Counted from the first letter of the stretch, positions 1-11,274 are shown. The stretch is 64,000 nt of DNA from an uncultured Verrucomicrobiae bacterium (GCA_963816855.1 CAWFMA010000024.1:42198-106197); one strand, 5' to 3'. Made by a program: numbers and translations. The notes: a model not told the origin generated them from the sequence alone.

Positions 1-2373
1 TCCGAGTTGTCGCGGCGCGCGATCGTTCACGGAAGCGCGCAACCAAGCCTCGGAGCGGACCTGCGAAAGACACTCGATGCCGCCGAGGCGGAGATGGAAA
101 AACTCCGGGATGAATATCTGAGCGCCGAGCATTTCCTGCTGGCCCTCCTGGACTCCGGAACATCGGCTGCCAGGCATCTCAAGAATTTGGGCATCTCGCG
201 GGACAAGTTGATGCAGGCCTTGCAAAGCGTTCGGGGCAATCAGCGCGTTACCGATTCAGACCCGGAGGGCAAGTACCAGACGCTCGAAAAATATGGCCGT
301 GATCTTACCGAGCTGGCTCGCCGGGGAAAAATTGATCCGGTGATCGGCCGTGACGACGAGATCCGCCGAACCATGCAGGTCTTGTCACGTCGAACGAAGA
401 ACAACCCCGTGCTGATCGGCGAGCCCGGTGTCGGCAAGACGGCGATCGTCGAGGGGTTGGCGCGCCGCATCGTGGCCGGCGACGTGCCCGAGTCGCTCAA
501 AAACAAGCGAGTCATTGCGATGGATCTTGGCGCGATGATCGCGGGCGCCAAATTTCGAGGGGAATTCGAAGACCGGCTGAAGGCATTTCTCAAGGAGGTG
601 ACATCCTCCGAGGGCCAGATCATCCTGTTTATCGACGAACTGCATACCATCGTCGGCGCGGGGGCGGCCGAGGGTTCGGCCGACGCCTCAAACATGCTCA
701 AACCGCAACTCGCCCGCGGCGAGTTGCGCGCGATCGGGGCCACCACGCTCGACGAATATCGAAAGTATATCGAGAAAGACGCCGCCCTCGAACGCCGTTT
801 CCAGCCGGTCATGGTTGACGAGCCGTCCGTTGAGGACACGATCGCCATCTTGCGCGGGCTCAAGGAGCGCTATGAAGTCCACCATGGCGTTCGCATTCAG
901 GATGCCGCCCTGATAGCGGCGGCGACGCTGTCGCATCGATACATCGCTGGCCGCTTTTTGCCAGACAAGGCCGTCGATCTCGTCGATGAGGCGGCCTCGC
1001 GTCTCAAGATCGAGTTGGATTCGATGCCCACGGAAATTGACCAACTCGAGCGGCAAATCATGCAGCTCGAAATGGAGAAGCAGGCGCTCAGGAAGGAACG
1101 GGATGCCGCCAGCAAGGAACGTCTTGCCAAGCTGGAAAAGGAGCTCGCCGACCTCAAGGAGCAATCAGACCGGCTCAAGGTTCAGTGGCAGAAAGAGAAG
1201 GAAGAAATCACGAAATCCCAAAAGATTGCCGAACAAATCGAGCAAATCCGAACGGAATTGGAACAGGCCCAACGCAGGGGAGATCTTCAGCGGGCGTCGG
1301 AAATTCAATACGGCAAACTGCCCGAGTTGCAAAGGCAGTTGGATGCCATCAAAGCCAAGGAATCCGAAAGCGGGCACATGCTTCTCAAGGAGGAAGTGAC
1401 CGAGGAAGACATCGCCAAGGTGGTTTCAAGTTGGACGGGCGTTCCCGTTTCGCGTCTCCAGGAGAGCGAGCGCGAGAAGCTTGTGGAGATGGAGGACCGG
1501 CTCAAGGAGCGCGTCGTAGGGCAGGAGCAGGCGATCAAGGGGGTCTCGAATGCGGTCCGCCGCGCACGCGCCGGACTCCAGGACGAAAACCGCCCGATCG
1601 GCTCGTTCATGTTCCTTGGGCCGACCGGCGTAGGAAAGACCGAGCTTTCCAAGGCGCTTGCTGAGTTTCTCTTCGATGACGAACAGGCGATGATTCGTCT
1701 GGACATGAGTGAATATATGGAGAAGCACACGGTCGCCCGGTTGATTGGGGCGCCGCCGGGATACATCGGTTACGAGGAAGGCGGACAACTGACCGAGGCG
1801 GTCCGGCGCAGGCCTTACTCGGTAGTCCTTTTCGACGAGGTCGAAAAAGCGCACCACGATGTGTTCAATGTCCTGCTTCAGGTACTTGACGACGGGCGGA
1901 TCACCGATGGTCAAGGGCGCACGGTTGACTTCAAGAACACCGTGATCATCCTGACCTCGAATATCGGCAGCCAATTTATCACGGAGGACCTGCCGAAAGA
2001 GGAGCGGAATCGGCGCGTCACCGAAGCGCTGCGCGGTCATTTCCGGCCGGAGTTCCTCAACCGGATCGACGAAATCATCATCTTCGATCGCCTGAACGAT
2101 CGCCAACTTACCAAGATCGTCGACCTTCAGCTGGAGCGGCTCATCAAGCGCCTGGAAAGCAGGAACATTTTTATTCGTTTGAGTGACGGCGCGAAACGAC
2201 TGCTCGCCAAGGAAGGCTACGATCCCGCCTATGGGGCGCGGCCTCTCAAACGGGTGATCCAGAAAGAAATCCTCGATCCGCTAAGCCTCGAAATCCTGCA
2301 GGGCAAGTTCCGCGAAGGCGACCATGTTACGGTGGAGGTCGAGGGCGACCATCTTGTTTTCCAAAAATCTTGA
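1..2373 (+). CDS. clpB: ATP-dependent chaperone ClpB (N-terminus cut by window start)
   Basis: The frame is open from nt 1. It has two AAA+ Walker A motifs ([16 protein letters not shown]) and a long coiled-coil middle domain ([21 protein letters not shown]). About 70-80 N-terminal residues are missing. Confidence 0.95.
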   Translation, partial: SELSRRAIVHGSAQPSLGADLRKTLDAAEAEMEKLRDEYLSAEHFLLALLDSGTSAARHLKNLGISRDKLMQALQSVRGNQRVTDSDPEGKYQTLEKYGRDLTELARRGKIDPVIGRDDEIRRTMQVLSRRTKNNPVLIGEPGVGKTAIVEGLARRIVAGDVPESLKNKRVIAMDLGAMIAGAKFRGEFEDRLKAFLKEVTSSEGQIILFIDELHTIVGAGAAEGSADASNMLKPQLARGELRAIGATTLDEYRKYIEKDAALERRFQPVMVDEPSVEDTIAILRGLKERYEVHHGVRIQDAALIAAATLSHRYIAGRFLPDKAVDLVDEAASRLKIELDSMPTEIDQLERQIMQLEMEKQALRKERDAASKERLAKLEKELADLKEQSDRLKVQWQKEKEEITKSQKIAEQIEQIRTELEQAQRRGDLQRASEIQYGKLPELQRQLDAIKAKESESGHMLLKEEVTEEDIAKVVSSWTGVPVSRLQESEREKLVEMEDRLKERVVGQEQAIKGVSNAVRRARAGLQDENRPIGSFMFLGPTGVGKTELSKALAEFLFDDEQAMIRLDMSEYMEKHTVARLIGAPPGYIGYEEGGQLTEAVRRRPYSVVLFDEVEKAHHDVFNVLLQVLDDGRITDGQGRTVDFKNTVIILTSNIGSQFITEDLPKEERNRRVTEALRGHFRPEFLNRIDEIIIFDRLNDRQLTKIVDLQLERLIKRLESRNIFIRLSDGAKRLLAKEGYDPAYGARPLKRVIQKEILDPLSLEILQGKFREGDHVTVEVEGDHLVFQKS

Positions 2374-2430
2374 AGAGTAGGCGCCGAAGGCCAACTTGCT
2401 TGCGCCGGTCTGGGGCAGGTTGGAGCAAGA

Positions 2431-3726
2431 TCATTTTGCGCCCTTGACGCAAACTTCGCGAATCGCCCGGCGAATCGCGTCGATTGCCCGTTGAAGCTGC
2501 CCGTCGCTTGTGCACAGTGGCGGAATGAGCACAATCGTGTCGAGGATTGCTCGGGTGAGCAGCCCGTGTTTCCGCGCCGCGAAGCAGACGCGGGCCCCCG
2601 TCTGCTCGTGCCAGGGGAAAGGTTCGCCCGAGCTGTCTTGGACTTCGATGCCGGCGATATAGCCGCATTGTCTGACGTCGCGGACATTGGCCAGTGCGCG
2701 CAAATCGCTGAGAAGTTCGGCTAGAAGCGAGATTTTGCCGGCCAAGGTCTTGAGGATGTCTTGTTCCTCAAAGATTTGCAGACTTGCAAGGGCCGCCGCA
2801 CACCCTAGCGGATTTCCGCAGTAGCTGTGTCCGTAGAAGAAGGTTTTCAGCTCGTGATAATCGCCGAGGAACGCTTCGTAAATTCGTTCGGTGCTTAACG
2901 TCGCGGCGAGGGGCAGGTAGCCTCCGGTGAGTCCCTTTGCCAGACAAAGAAAATCGGGAAGAACGCCCTCGTGTTCGCAGGCGAACAACCGGCCCGTTCT
3001 TCCAAATCCCGTTAACACTTCGTCGAAAATCAACAGCACGTGATGCGCATCGCACCATTCGCGCAACGATTGAAGCATTCCCGGTGGCCAGAGACGGATG
3101 CCCGCCGCGCCCTGAACAAGCGGCTCAATGATGATCGCCGCGATTTGGCTTGGATCCAGCAGCGCGAGATCGCTGACGCCGGCGACACGGTTTACCGGAA
3201 AATGGAGTTTGGCGAAGCGATTGGTGAACGTTTCAACGCCACCGAGGCTCGCCGCGCCGGTGGTATCTCCATGATAGGCATTGTCGAAGGCCACAAACTG
3301 CGACCGTTCCGGACTCCCGCACAGCTGCCAGTATTGAAGCGACATCTTGATCGCGACCTCGATGGCTGTTGAGCCGTCATCCGAATAGAAAACCCTGCTG
3401 AGAGTTTGTGCGGGAAAGCATCGGGTGAGCTTCCGGGCGAGCTCGATTGCCGGAATGTTGGTCGAGCCCAGAAACGAGGCGTGGGCAAGTTTGTCGAGTT
3501 GATTTCTGATCGCCGTGTCAATCGCCGGGTGGCGATGCCCATGGATATTCGTCCAGATGGAGGAATTCCCGTCGATATACTCGCGGCCTCGGCTGTCCTT
3601 GAGGATTGCCCCGCTCCCCTCCACGAGGACGAGAGGGTCATTTTCCGGCGCGCACCAGGCCTTCATTTGCGTGAACGGGTGCCAAAGGTGTTGTTTATCC
3701 AGCGCGATCAGACGGTCGGTTGCCAC
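2431..3726 (-). CDS. bioA: adenosylmethionine-8-amino-7-oxononanoate aminotransferase
   Basis: 431 aa with an ATG start. It has a BioA-type N-terminus (LDKQHLWHPFTQM), SIWTNIHGH, and a class III PLP aminotransferase layout. Confidence 0.9.
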   Translation of the reverse strand: MATDRLIALDKQHLWHPFTQMKAWCAPENDPLVLVEGSGAILKDSRGREYIDGNSSIWTNIHGHRHPAIDTAIRNQLDKLAHASFLGSTNIPAIELARKLTRCFPAQTLSRVFYSDDGSTAIEVAIKMSLQYWQLCGSPERSQFVAFDNAYHGDTTGAASLGGVETFTNRFAKLHFPVNRVAGVSDLALLDPSQIAAIIIEPLVQGAAGIRLWPPGMLQSLREWCDAHHVLLIFDEVLTGFGRTGRLFACEHEGVLPDFLCLAKGLTGGYLPLAATLSTERIYEAFLGDYHELKTFFYGHSYCGNPLGCAAALASLQIFEEQDILKTLAGKISLLAELLSDLRALANVRDVRQCGYIAGIEVQDSSGEPFPWHEQTGARVCFAARKHGLLTRAILDTIVLIPPLCTSDGQLQRAIDAIRRAIREVCVKGAK

Positions 3727-3776
3727 GCGGAAATAATGGAGCGGTTGACACCGGGGGCTCTACAACATTTTCTCCT

Positions 3777-4667
3777 GTGGTGCCGGCGCTGGCCAAAATC
3801 CTTCTCTATCTCGTCCTAGTTGTGCTGACCGGCGCCGTCTTGGCCCCACCAATTTACTGGCTGCTCCACCCGGCTCTGGATTTCCCGTTCTACCGGTACC
3901 TCAGCCGGGTGACGCAGATCGCTGCCTTCGTCCTGCTCGGTCCCCTTTTGTACTGGTTGGGAATCCGGAGAACCAAGGAGTTTGGCCTGGAACAAAATCC
4001 GCGAGGCGCCAAGGATTTTGTCGCGGGTCTGGTTCTCGCCCTGATGCCGGGAATCGCGCTCGGGACCGCTTACCTGGTGCTCGATGTTTATCGAATAAGA
4101 GATGAGGTGGTGCCTCTGGCGATGTTCCGGATCGCCGCGACTGCGGCGGTTGTCGCGACGATCGAGGAATTTCTCTTTCGTGGTGTCCTGCTCGGTCTTG
4201 CGGCGAAGGCCTTCGGTTCCGCGCCGGCAGCGGTCGGCGTTTCCGCGATTTTTGCGGCGGTTCATTTTCTCAGGCCGCCCCGAATGGCCGATAACGGGGT
4301 GGAATGGTGGACAGGTTTCACGCAGATCATGCGCATTTTGGAGGCCGGGCCGCCGCCATCTCTCTGGATAGCTGGTTTCTTAGTGCTCTTCATTGCCGGC
4401 ATGCTCCTCGCCTATGCCAGGTTGGGCACGCGTTCGCTTTGGTTGCCGATCGGGCTTCACGCCGGATGGATTGCTTCGCAACAAACCTTGCAGTGGCTGG
4501 CGAAATACCGAATGCAGCCACCGGAATCGCTCTTGCCTTGGGTGGGGCCAAATCTCGTGAGCGGGGCGGTTCCGACCGGACTGGTGCCCTTGGGCGCGCT
4601 CTTGTTGACCGGTGTGGGAGTTTGGTTTTATCTGCGGCATGCCCCTGCGGCCGCGCCTGCTTCTTGA
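3777..4667 (+). CDS. CPBP family intramembrane glutamic endopeptidase (CAAX protease-like)
   Basis: Multi-TM protein with CPBP motifs EEFLFRG, FAAVHF and GLHAGW. The track start at 3720 is a TTG that overlaps the bioA start, so the GTG at 3777 is more plausible; the start remains uncertain. Confidence 0.8.
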   Translation: MVPALAKILLYLVLVVLTGAVLAPPIYWLLHPALDFPFYRYLSRVTQIAAFVLLGPLLYWLGIRRTKEFGLEQNPRGAKDFVAGLVLALMPGIALGTAYLVLDVYRIRDEVVPLAMFRIAATAAVVATIEEFLFRGVLLGLAAKAFGSAPAAVGVSAIFAAVHFLRPPRMADNGVEWWTGFTQIMRILEAGPPPSLWIAGFLVLFIAGMLLAYARLGTRSLWLPIGLHAGWIASQQTLQWLAKYRMQPPESLLPWVGPNLVSGAVPTGLVPLGALLLTGVGVWFYLRHAPAAAPAS

Positions 4668-5358
4668 GACTCTGAGCGGGCTGTTTTTTCCTCCGCACTG
4701 CGCGGGTTGCGAGGTGGCCCTTCGGTCCGGTTGGCTGTGCAAAAACTGCACCGATTCGCTAACTCCGGTCACGCCTCCCCGGTGTGAAACGTGCTCGCAG
4801 CCGTATTCCGGCGCCCTTGAGGCCTTCGTTTGCGCCAACTGTCACGGCAGAGATTTTCACTTCGTTTGTGCCGTGGCGGTCATGCGGTCCCGCGGAATCG
4901 TGAGGGACCTCGTTCATCGATTCAAATATGGCGGTGAACTCTGGATCGCTGGTCTGCTAACTGATTTTCTCGCTCAAGGGCTCGATGATCCGAGACTGCG
5001 GCACTGCCGTTTCGATGCCGTTGTGCCAGTTCCCCTGCATCCGCTGCGCAAGCGCGAACGGGAATTTAACCAGGCAGAGATCCTGGCCGACAGGCTGGCA
5101 AGAAAGAACAACCTTACCGTTCTGAACGCCTTGCAACGCATTCGCTACACCGTAACCCAGACTCATTTTGATCGGCGCCGGCGCATGGAGAATCTCCGGA
5201 ATGCGTTCGATCTTCGCCGCGGGTCTCTGGTGCTCGGCCAGGATTTGCTCCTGGTCGACGATGTTTTGACCACCGGTTCGACGCTCGACGAGTGCGCCAG
5301 GGTGCTCCTGGAGGCGGGCGCGCGATCGGTGCGGGCGCTGACCGTAGCGCGGGGCTGA
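4639..5358 (+). CDS. ComF family protein (phosphoribosyltransferase domain)
   Basis: It has N-terminal Cys pairs (CAGC, CKNC, CETC, CANC) and a PRTase motif LLLVDDVLTTGSTL. The ATG at 4639 is an internal M of the track ORF. Confidence 0.8.
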   Translation: MPLRPRLLLETLSGLFFPPHCAGCEVALRSGWLCKNCTDSLTPVTPPRCETCSQPYSGALEAFVCANCHGRDFHFVCAVAVMRSRGIVRDLVHRFKYGGELWIAGLLTDFLAQGLDDPRLRHCRFDAVVPVPLHPLRKREREFNQAEILADRLARKNNLTVLNALQRIRYTVTQTHFDRRRRMENLRNAFDLRRGSLVLGQDLLLVDDVLTTGSTLDECARVLLEAGARSVRALTVARG

Positions 5359-5474
5359 GGTGTGACAGCGAAAGATTTTTTCAAATTTCTCCGGCTGGGG
5401 TATAGGAACGGCTTCGCCTTGCGCTGCAGCTCGCCTTCCGGCAGGCTGTTGGCGCGGGCTTTCCTGCTCACAAG

Positions 5475-6323
5475 ATGCCGATTTTTCGAAAACCGATTCT
5501 CAAATCCATAGGGGGCAAGACCCGCGAAATGCCCGAGGGGCTCTGGACCAAATGCCCCTCCTGCGGAGAGGTGATCCACAACCTGGCGCTCTCCGAGAAT
5601 TATCGCGTCTGTCCGAATTGCGAGCATCACTTCTCGATGAGCGCCGGCGAGCGCATCGCGAGTCTGGTCGACGAACAATCTTTCCAGGAAACTGACGCTG
5701 GCCTCACCTCGGTGGACACGCTGGAATTCAAGGGCGTTGCCACTTATGCGGACCGCTTGAAGAGCTATCAGGAAGCCACCGGGCTCTCGGACGCCGTGAT
5801 AACGGGAACGGCCAAGATTCAGGGCTACTCAACGGGACTGGCAGTCATGGACTTCAGCTTTCTTGCCGCGACGATGGGGTCCGTCGTGGGCGAGAGAATT
5901 ACTCGCGTTATCGAGCTTTCCACCCGGAAAAAATGGCCGCTGATTATCGTTTGCGCATCCGGCGGCGCGCGGATGTACGAAGGGATGCTGAGCCTGATGC
6001 AAATGGCCAAGACCAGCGGCGCGCTGGCCTTGCACCGGGAGGCCGGACTCCTGTATGTGTCCGTGCTCACTAATCCAACGACGGCCGGGGTCATGGCCAG
6101 CTATGCGTCCTTGGGCGACATCATAATCGCCGAACCGAAGAGCATGATAGGATTCGCGGGGCCTCGCGTGATCAGGGAAACGACGCACCAGGATCTGCCT
6201 GACGGGTTTCAGACCGCGGAATTCCTCGAGAAGCACGGGTTGATCGATATCGTTACACCTCGATCGAAACTGCGCGCGACGATCGGTCAGCTTCTCGACT
6301 ATCTCGGGCCATCCCGGAAGTGA
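5475..6323 (+). CDS. accD: acetyl-CoA carboxylase carboxyltransferase beta subunit
   Basis: It has the N-terminal zinc ribbon CPSCGEV...CPNCEHH followed by a carboxyltransferase domain (SGGARMYEG). Confidence 0.95.
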   Translation: MPIFRKPILKSIGGKTREMPEGLWTKCPSCGEVIHNLALSENYRVCPNCEHHFSMSAGERIASLVDEQSFQETDAGLTSVDTLEFKGVATYADRLKSYQEATGLSDAVITGTAKIQGYSTGLAVMDFSFLAATMGSVVGERITRVIELSTRKKWPLIIVCASGGARMYEGMLSLMQMAKTSGALALHREAGLLYVSVLTNPTTAGVMASYASLGDIIIAEPKSMIGFAGPRVIRETTHQDLPDGFQTAEFLEKHGLIDIVTPRSKLRATIGQLLDYLGPSRK

Positions 6324-7492
6324 CTTACGAGGAATCGCTGGCGTGGCTTTATAAGACGCAGCAGTTCGGAATCAAGCTCGGGCTCGAGAATATCGAGCGC
6401 CTCCTCAAGTCCTTGGGGGATCCCCGAGAGCGTTTGCGCTTTTTCCATGTGGCCGGCACGAACGGGAAGGGTTCCGTCTGCGCGATGCTGGATGCAATGC
6501 TCCGGGCCGCCGGCCTCCGGACCGGCCTTTACACCTCGCCCCATCTGGTGGACTTCAGGGAGCGTATTCGCGTCGATGGGAGGAAAATCCCGCCACAGGC
6601 GGTCGCGGAAGGTCTGACGATTCTGCGGGAAATTTCGTTCGGTTGGGACCATTCGCCGACATTTTTCGAAATTGCGACCGCCCTGGCGCTTTGGCATTTC
6701 GCCGTGGAGCGCTGCGACTTTGTCGTCCTGGAGACTGGCCTGGGAGGTACGCTGGACGCGACCAATGCCGTTAGACCCTTGGTGGCTGTGCTCACCCCTA
6801 TCGCCATCGACCACACCCGCTGGCTTGGCAGCACTGTCGCGGAGATCGCCGGTGAGAAGGCGGGCATCATCAAGCCGGGCGTTCCGGTTGTCAGTGCCAG
6901 GCAAGAAACGGAGGCGGTGCAAGTGCTCGTTCAGCGCGCCAAAGGCGCGGGATCTTCTCTGGAATTCATCGACGCGCTCGTGGAACAAGGTGAGATCGGG
7001 CTGCGGGGCATCCATCAGAGGGCGAACGCCGCGCTGGCCATCGCGGCGTTACAAGCCGCCCGGGTGATGGTTCCCCAAGTGGCCATGAAAAGGGGCTTGC
7101 GGGAAGTTCACTGGCCCGGCCGTTTTCAGGTCGTCGATGAGCGAATTGTCCTTGACGGCTGCCACAACCCCCACGCCGCCCGGCAACTTCTCGTCAATTG
7201 GAGGGAGGCTTATGGCCTGGAAAAGGCGACTTTGATTTTTGGAGCGCTGAGCGACAAGGACTACTCCACGATGCTGAAGATCCTCGAACCGATCAGTCGC
7301 GAGGTTTTCTTCGTGCCAATTTCAAGCGAAAGGGCGGCGACGCCCGACAACCTGGCGGCGGTCTGCGAAACCCGGCACCGAATTTTCCCCTCCGTAAAGG
7401 GGGCATTGGACGCCTCGCCGGGACGGACGCTTGTCACGGGTTCTCTGTTTCTGGTCGGCGAAGCCTTGGATTCACTGGGCGTTCGCGTTTAG
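6320..7492 (+). CDS. folC: bifunctional folylpolyglutamate synthase / dihydrofolate synthase
   Basis: Mur-ligase type P-loop HVAGTNGKGS, and the GTG start overlaps the accD stop (GTGA). The length and layout fit FolC. Confidence 0.9.
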   Translation: MTYEESLAWLYKTQQFGIKLGLENIERLLKSLGDPRERLRFFHVAGTNGKGSVCAMLDAMLRAAGLRTGLYTSPHLVDFRERIRVDGRKIPPQAVAEGLTILREISFGWDHSPTFFEIATALALWHFAVERCDFVVLETGLGGTLDATNAVRPLVAVLTPIAIDHTRWLGSTVAEIAGEKAGIIKPGVPVVSARQETEAVQVLVQRAKGAGSSLEFIDALVEQGEIGLRGIHQRANAALAIAALQAARVMVPQVAMKRGLREVHWPGRFQVVDERIVLDGCHNPHAARQLLVNWREAYGLEKATLIFGALSDKDYSTMLKILEPISREVFFVPISSERAATPDNLAAVCETRHRIFPSVKGALDASPGRTLVTGSLFLVGEALDSLGVRV

Positions 7493-7571
7493 TCGGCGGA
7501 ACGGCGACCTCCGTGGAAAGTGTTTGGCTTCGACCTTCGAATGAGTGAGCGTGCGCTATTTCCAATTTTCC

Positions 7572-8222
7572 ATGGAGGGCAAACTGACAGTCAACGAGAT
7601 CTATCTCTCGATTCAGGGCGAAAGCACTTGGGCGGGCTTGCCGTGCGCGTTTGTGCGGCTGACCGGCTGTGATTCGCGCTGCACGTACTGCGACACGGAA
7701 TACGCCTTTTACGAGGGGGTTCGAAAATCGCTCGGGGAGATCTTGTCCGAGGTGCTCGCGCTGGACTGCCCGCTCGTTGAGATTACCGGCGGCGAGCCGT
7801 TGCTGCAGAAAAATGTGCTGCCGTTGATGAGCTTGCTCTGCAACGCGGATCGAACCGTCCTGCTCGAAACCAGCGGAGCCCACGATATTTCAAAAATCGA
7901 CCCGCGCGTTCACCGGATCATGGACTTGAAGACACCTTCGAGCGGCGAATCTTCGAGGAACCTGTATTCGAACATCTCTTTGCTGAACCATCGTGATGAA
8001 GTGAAGTTCGTCATCGGGTCGCGCGAAGACTACGACTGGTCGCGTGAACAAATTGAGCGTCATGGACTTGCCAAAATTGTTCGGGCTGTGCTGCTCAGTC
8101 CGGTTTTCGGCCGGATCGAACCGCGCCAGATCGTCGAGTGGATGCTTAAGGATCGACTGCCCGCGCGGTTTCAACTGCAGATCCACAAATTCGTTTGGGA
8201 GCCTCGAGCCCGAGGGGTGTAG
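7572..8222 (+). CDS. queE: 7-carboxy-7-deazaguanine synthase (radical SAM)
   Basis: It has NEIYLSIQGES and the radical SAM cluster CDSRCTYCDT. The ATG at 7572 was chosen over the upstream GTG at 7545. Confidence 0.85.
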   Translation: MEGKLTVNEIYLSIQGESTWAGLPCAFVRLTGCDSRCTYCDTEYAFYEGVRKSLGEILSEVLALDCPLVEITGGEPLLQKNVLPLMSLLCNADRTVLLETSGAHDISKIDPRVHRIMDLKTPSSGESSRNLYSNISLLNHRDEVKFVIGSREDYDWSREQIERHGLAKIVRAVLLSPVFGRIEPRQIVEWMLKDRLPARFQLQIHKFVWEPRARGV

Positions 8223-8236
8223 AAACCGACCACGGC

Positions 8237-9229
8237 GTGCGACGCTTGAAGAATAGCTGGCCCACCCGGCTGTTGCTGATCGGCTCAGCGATAGGCGCCG
8301 GAGCCGTGCTTCCGTTGGTCTGCCTGCCGGTCGGCCAGCGTGTTTTTTCGTACGGCCCCGCCAAACGCCTCTCCTACGATGAAACAGTGGGCGAGATTCG
8401 GACGCGCATCGCCGGTTCACCAGCGAAGATCCGCCCGGAATGCGCGACCGGGTTGCTGGAACACGGGCACCCTACGGAGCGCGTTTTCGTTCTGATGCAC
8501 GGGCTCTCGAATTGTCCCGCGCAATTTTCGAAGCTTGGGCGGTTGCTCTTCGAGCGCGGACATAATGTCCTGATTCCGCGAACACCATACCATGGCGAGC
8601 AGAACAGGCTGACCACCGATTGGTCTCGGTTGACGGCGAACGACCTCCTTGACACGGGAAATCGGGCGGTCGATCTGGCGAGAGGCTTGGGGAACAAAGT
8701 GATCGCCGTGGGCCTTTCAGTTAACGGCACGACGGTTGCGTGGTTGGCTCAAAACAGGGCGGATGTTGACAAGGCCGTGCTTTTCGCGCCGTTTCTCGCT
8801 CCGCTAGGTTTGCCCAACTGGGCGTTGGCGCCGGTTGAGCGCGTGCTTCTGCGCCTTCCGAACATGTTTTTCTGGTGGGATCCTCGCGTAGGGGAGAATA
8901 TCGAGGGACCCCCCTACGCTTATCCGCGGTTTCCGACCCGGGTGATCGGCGAGACTATGCTCCTCGGGCGCCAGGTCTTGGCTGAATCCCGCAGCCAACC
9001 GCCTCGTTCTCCCTCGATTCTGGTCGTCACCTCTGCCTCGGACACGGCCGCAAACAACCGTGTGACCGAGCAGTTGGTCGCGAATTGGCGGCAGCTTCGC
9101 CCGGACGGGATCGAGACATTCGCCTTTCCGGCCAGCGACAAGGTTCCCCACGACTTTATCGACCCGAATCAGCCCAACCAGCGCGTGGATTTTGTCTACC
9201 CAAAGATCATCGGGTTGCTCGAGAAGTAG
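8237..9229 (+). CDS. alpha/beta fold hydrolase
   Basis: It has VLMHGLSNCP (oxyanion region) and a GLSVNG nucleophile elbow (GxSxG), plus an N-terminal hydrophobic segment. The start is uncertain: TTG at 8195 overlaps queE, and GTG at 8237 follows the queE stop. Confidence 0.7.
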   Translation: MRRLKNSWPTRLLLIGSAIGAGAVLPLVCLPVGQRVFSYGPAKRLSYDETVGEIRTRIAGSPAKIRPECATGLLEHGHPTERVFVLMHGLSNCPAQFSKLGRLLFERGHNVLIPRTPYHGEQNRLTTDWSRLTANDLLDTGNRAVDLARGLGNKVIAVGLSVNGTTVAWLAQNRADVDKAVLFAPFLAPLGLPNWALAPVERVLLRLPNMFFWWDPRVGENIEGPPYAYPRFPTRVIGETMLLGRQVLAESRSQPPRSPSILVVTSASDTAANNRVTEQLVANWRQLRPDGIETFAFPASDKVPHDFIDPNQPNQRVDFVYPKIIGLLEK

Positions 9230-9343
9230 CCCTGGGTTGTTTTGTCTTGTCAGCGTCAATCCCTGTTCCGGGCAGATCATCACGGTTCCCGTCCAGATGA
9301 TGGAAACAATCGGTTCCGCCGAAGAATTATTCGCTCGCTTGGA

Positions 9344-9655
9344 CTAAAGCGAACCGCCATCCAGCCAGACCGAAGTATCTTCGGCGGCGACAAGCGACTG
9401 AAGATCAGCAGCACTGTCAAAAATGGCGTCAAATGTATCCTGCTCTTCGTGCCGATAGACGGACCATCCGATGAGCAGGGCGGCAGATGCGGCGGCGGGA
9501 ATGAACCAGCGAAGCAGTGCGTTGATGGTAAACCGCGGCCGCTTTTCCTTTTCGCGGATGGCTTTCAGAACCTTTCGTGCGAAATAGGCGGACGCCTCCG
9601 CCCTGGGCGAGCGGCCCAGGAGCTCCCATAACGGATCATCTTCAAAATCGTCCAC
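9344..9655 (-). CDS. hypothetical single-pass membrane protein
   Basis: 103 aa with an acidic N-terminus (MDDFEDDPLWELLG) and one TM helix (WFIPAAASAALLIGW). It lies directly downstream of purH on the same strand. I cannot name a family. Confidence 0.5.
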   Translation of the reverse strand: MDDFEDDPLWELLGRSPRAEASAYFARKVLKAIREKEKRPRFTINALLRWFIPAAASAALLIGWSVYRHEEQDTFDAIFDSAADLQSLVAAEDTSVWLDGGSL

Positions 9656-9753
9656 AAGAGAGAAACACCGCTAGCGGGCAGAAGTCTCCGGGAATTCGCT
9701 TGCCGGCGGGTGCGCCTGCCGGAAGCCCGGGTTTCGTCGCCTTCCCCGCGGTC

Positions 9754-11274
9754 CTAGTGTCGGAAATGTCTTACGCCGGTGAACGCCATCGCAAGGCCGC
9801 GCTCATCGGCCGCGGCGATGACTTCTTCGTCGCGAACCGAGCCACCGGGCTGGATCACGCAGGTTGCGCCGGCTTCCGCGGCCGTGATTACCCCGTCAGC
9901 AAATGGAAAAAAAGCATCGCTGCACAAAGCGCTTCCCTTGAGAGAGAGGCCGGCTTCCCCGGCTTTCCAAACGGCCACCCGCGAGGAGTCCACGCGCGAC
10001 ATTTGGCCCGCGCCGATTCCGAGGGTCCGGTCCTTTCCGGCATATACGATGGCGTTGGACCTGACGTGCTTGACGACCTTCCAGCCGAACTCCATGGCTT
10101 CGATCTCGTCTTTGCTTGGGGGCCGCTGCGTGACCACCTTATGTTCAAGCTCAGCGAGGTTCGCCGAATCGGAATCTTGCACCAGGAGTCCTCCCACGAC
10201 GGAGCGCACATCGCGCCCTCGATCCGGCGGCGGCTTGAGCATCCTCATGAGCCGAAGGTTTTTCTTCTTTGAGAAGAGCGAGCGTGCCTCGGGATGGAAC
10301 TCGGGCGCGATGATCACCTCGCTGAAGATTTCCGAGATGGCTTTGGCCAGGCCGAGAGTAATCGGCCGGTTGCAAATGATAATTCCGCCGAAAGGCGCTC
10401 GCTTGTCTGTCGCAAACGCCTTGTCCCAAGCCTCACGCAGGTCGGCATCGGTTCCGACCCCGCACGGATTCGTGTGTTTGAGGATGGCCGCCGCAGGTTT
10501 TGTAAATTCCGAGATCAGTTCCGCGGCGGCGCTGATGTCAAGGATGTTGTTGTAAGAGAGTTCCTTGCCTTGGAGCCTCTCGAAGTAGGACCCAAAGTCG
10601 CCGTAAAGTTCGGCGTGCTGATGCGGATTCTCTCCGTAGCGCAAACGAAGCTCTAGGGGCACGTCCAGGCGAAAAGATGCGGAGACTTCCTGTTCGCGGT
10701 TGAGAAACCCGGCGATAGCTCGATCGTAGGCTGCCGTGGTCGCGAAGGCTTTGATGGCAAGACGCTCCCGCAACCCTCGGCTTGTGCCCCCGGAGGCTTT
10801 TTTCATGTCTTCAAGGACCGGCGCGTAATCAGCGGGATCCGTCACGACCGTTACGGCTTGGAAGTTCTTCGCCGCGCTCCGAATCATCGACGGCCCTCCG
10901 ATATCGATTTTTTCGATGGCCTCAGGGAGCGTCGCGCCGCTTGCCACGGTGGCCTCAAAAGGATAAAGGTTCACGACAACGAGGTCGATCGGAAGCAGCC
11001 CCTGCGCGGCGGCCTCTTTTTCCTGCTCTTCGTCGCCTCGAAGGTAAAGAAGCCCGCCATGGACCTTGGGATGCAGGGTTTTGACCCGGCCGTCGAGAAT
11101 CTCCGGAGAGCCGGTGAATTTCGAAACTTCAAGCGTGGAAATGCCTTCCGCTTGAAGTCTGTATGCCGTTCCGCCGGTGGAGACGATTTCGATTCCGAAG
11201 GCCTGGAGTTCACGGGCGAAATCAACGATGCCTTCCTTGTCAGAAACGGAAATCAAGGCGCGCCGAATTTTCAT
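9754..11274 (-). CDS. purH: bifunctional AICAR transformylase / IMP cyclohydrolase
   Basis: MKIRRALISVSDKEGIVDFAREL (MGS-like domain) followed by an AICARFT domain. The internal ATG at 11274 was chosen, since the upstream 37 codons of the track ORF look non-native. Confidence 0.95.
   Translation of the reverse strand: MKIRRALISVSDKEGIVDFARELQAFGIEIVSTGGTAYRLQAEGISTLEVSKFTGSPEILDGRVKTLHPKVHGGLLYLRGDEEQEKEAAAQGLLPIDLVVVNLYPFEATVASGATLPEAIEKIDIGGPSMIRSAAKNFQAVTVVTDPADYAPVLEDMKKASGGTSRGLRERLAIKAFATTAAYDRAIAGFLNREQEVSASFRLDVPLELRLRYGENPHQHAELYGDFGSYFERLQGKELSYNNILDISAAAELISEFTKPAAAILKHTNPCGVGTDADLREAWDKAFATDKRAPFGGIIICNRPITLGLAKAISEIFSEVIIAPEFHPEARSLFSKKKNLRLMRMLKPPPDRGRDVRSVVGGLLVQDSDSANLAELEHKVVTQRPPSKDEIEAMEFGWKVVKHVRSNAIVYAGKDRTLGIGAGQMSRVDSSRVAVWKAGEAGLSLKGSALCSDAFFPFADGVITAAEAGATCVIQPGGSVRDEEVIAAADERGLAMAFTGVRHFRH

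Noticed and set aside
7493-7571. A possible preQ1 riboswitch upstream of queE.
   Set aside because: The 79-nt leader shows no preQ1-I/II-like hairpin with an A-rich tail, and no conserved core sequence is visible.
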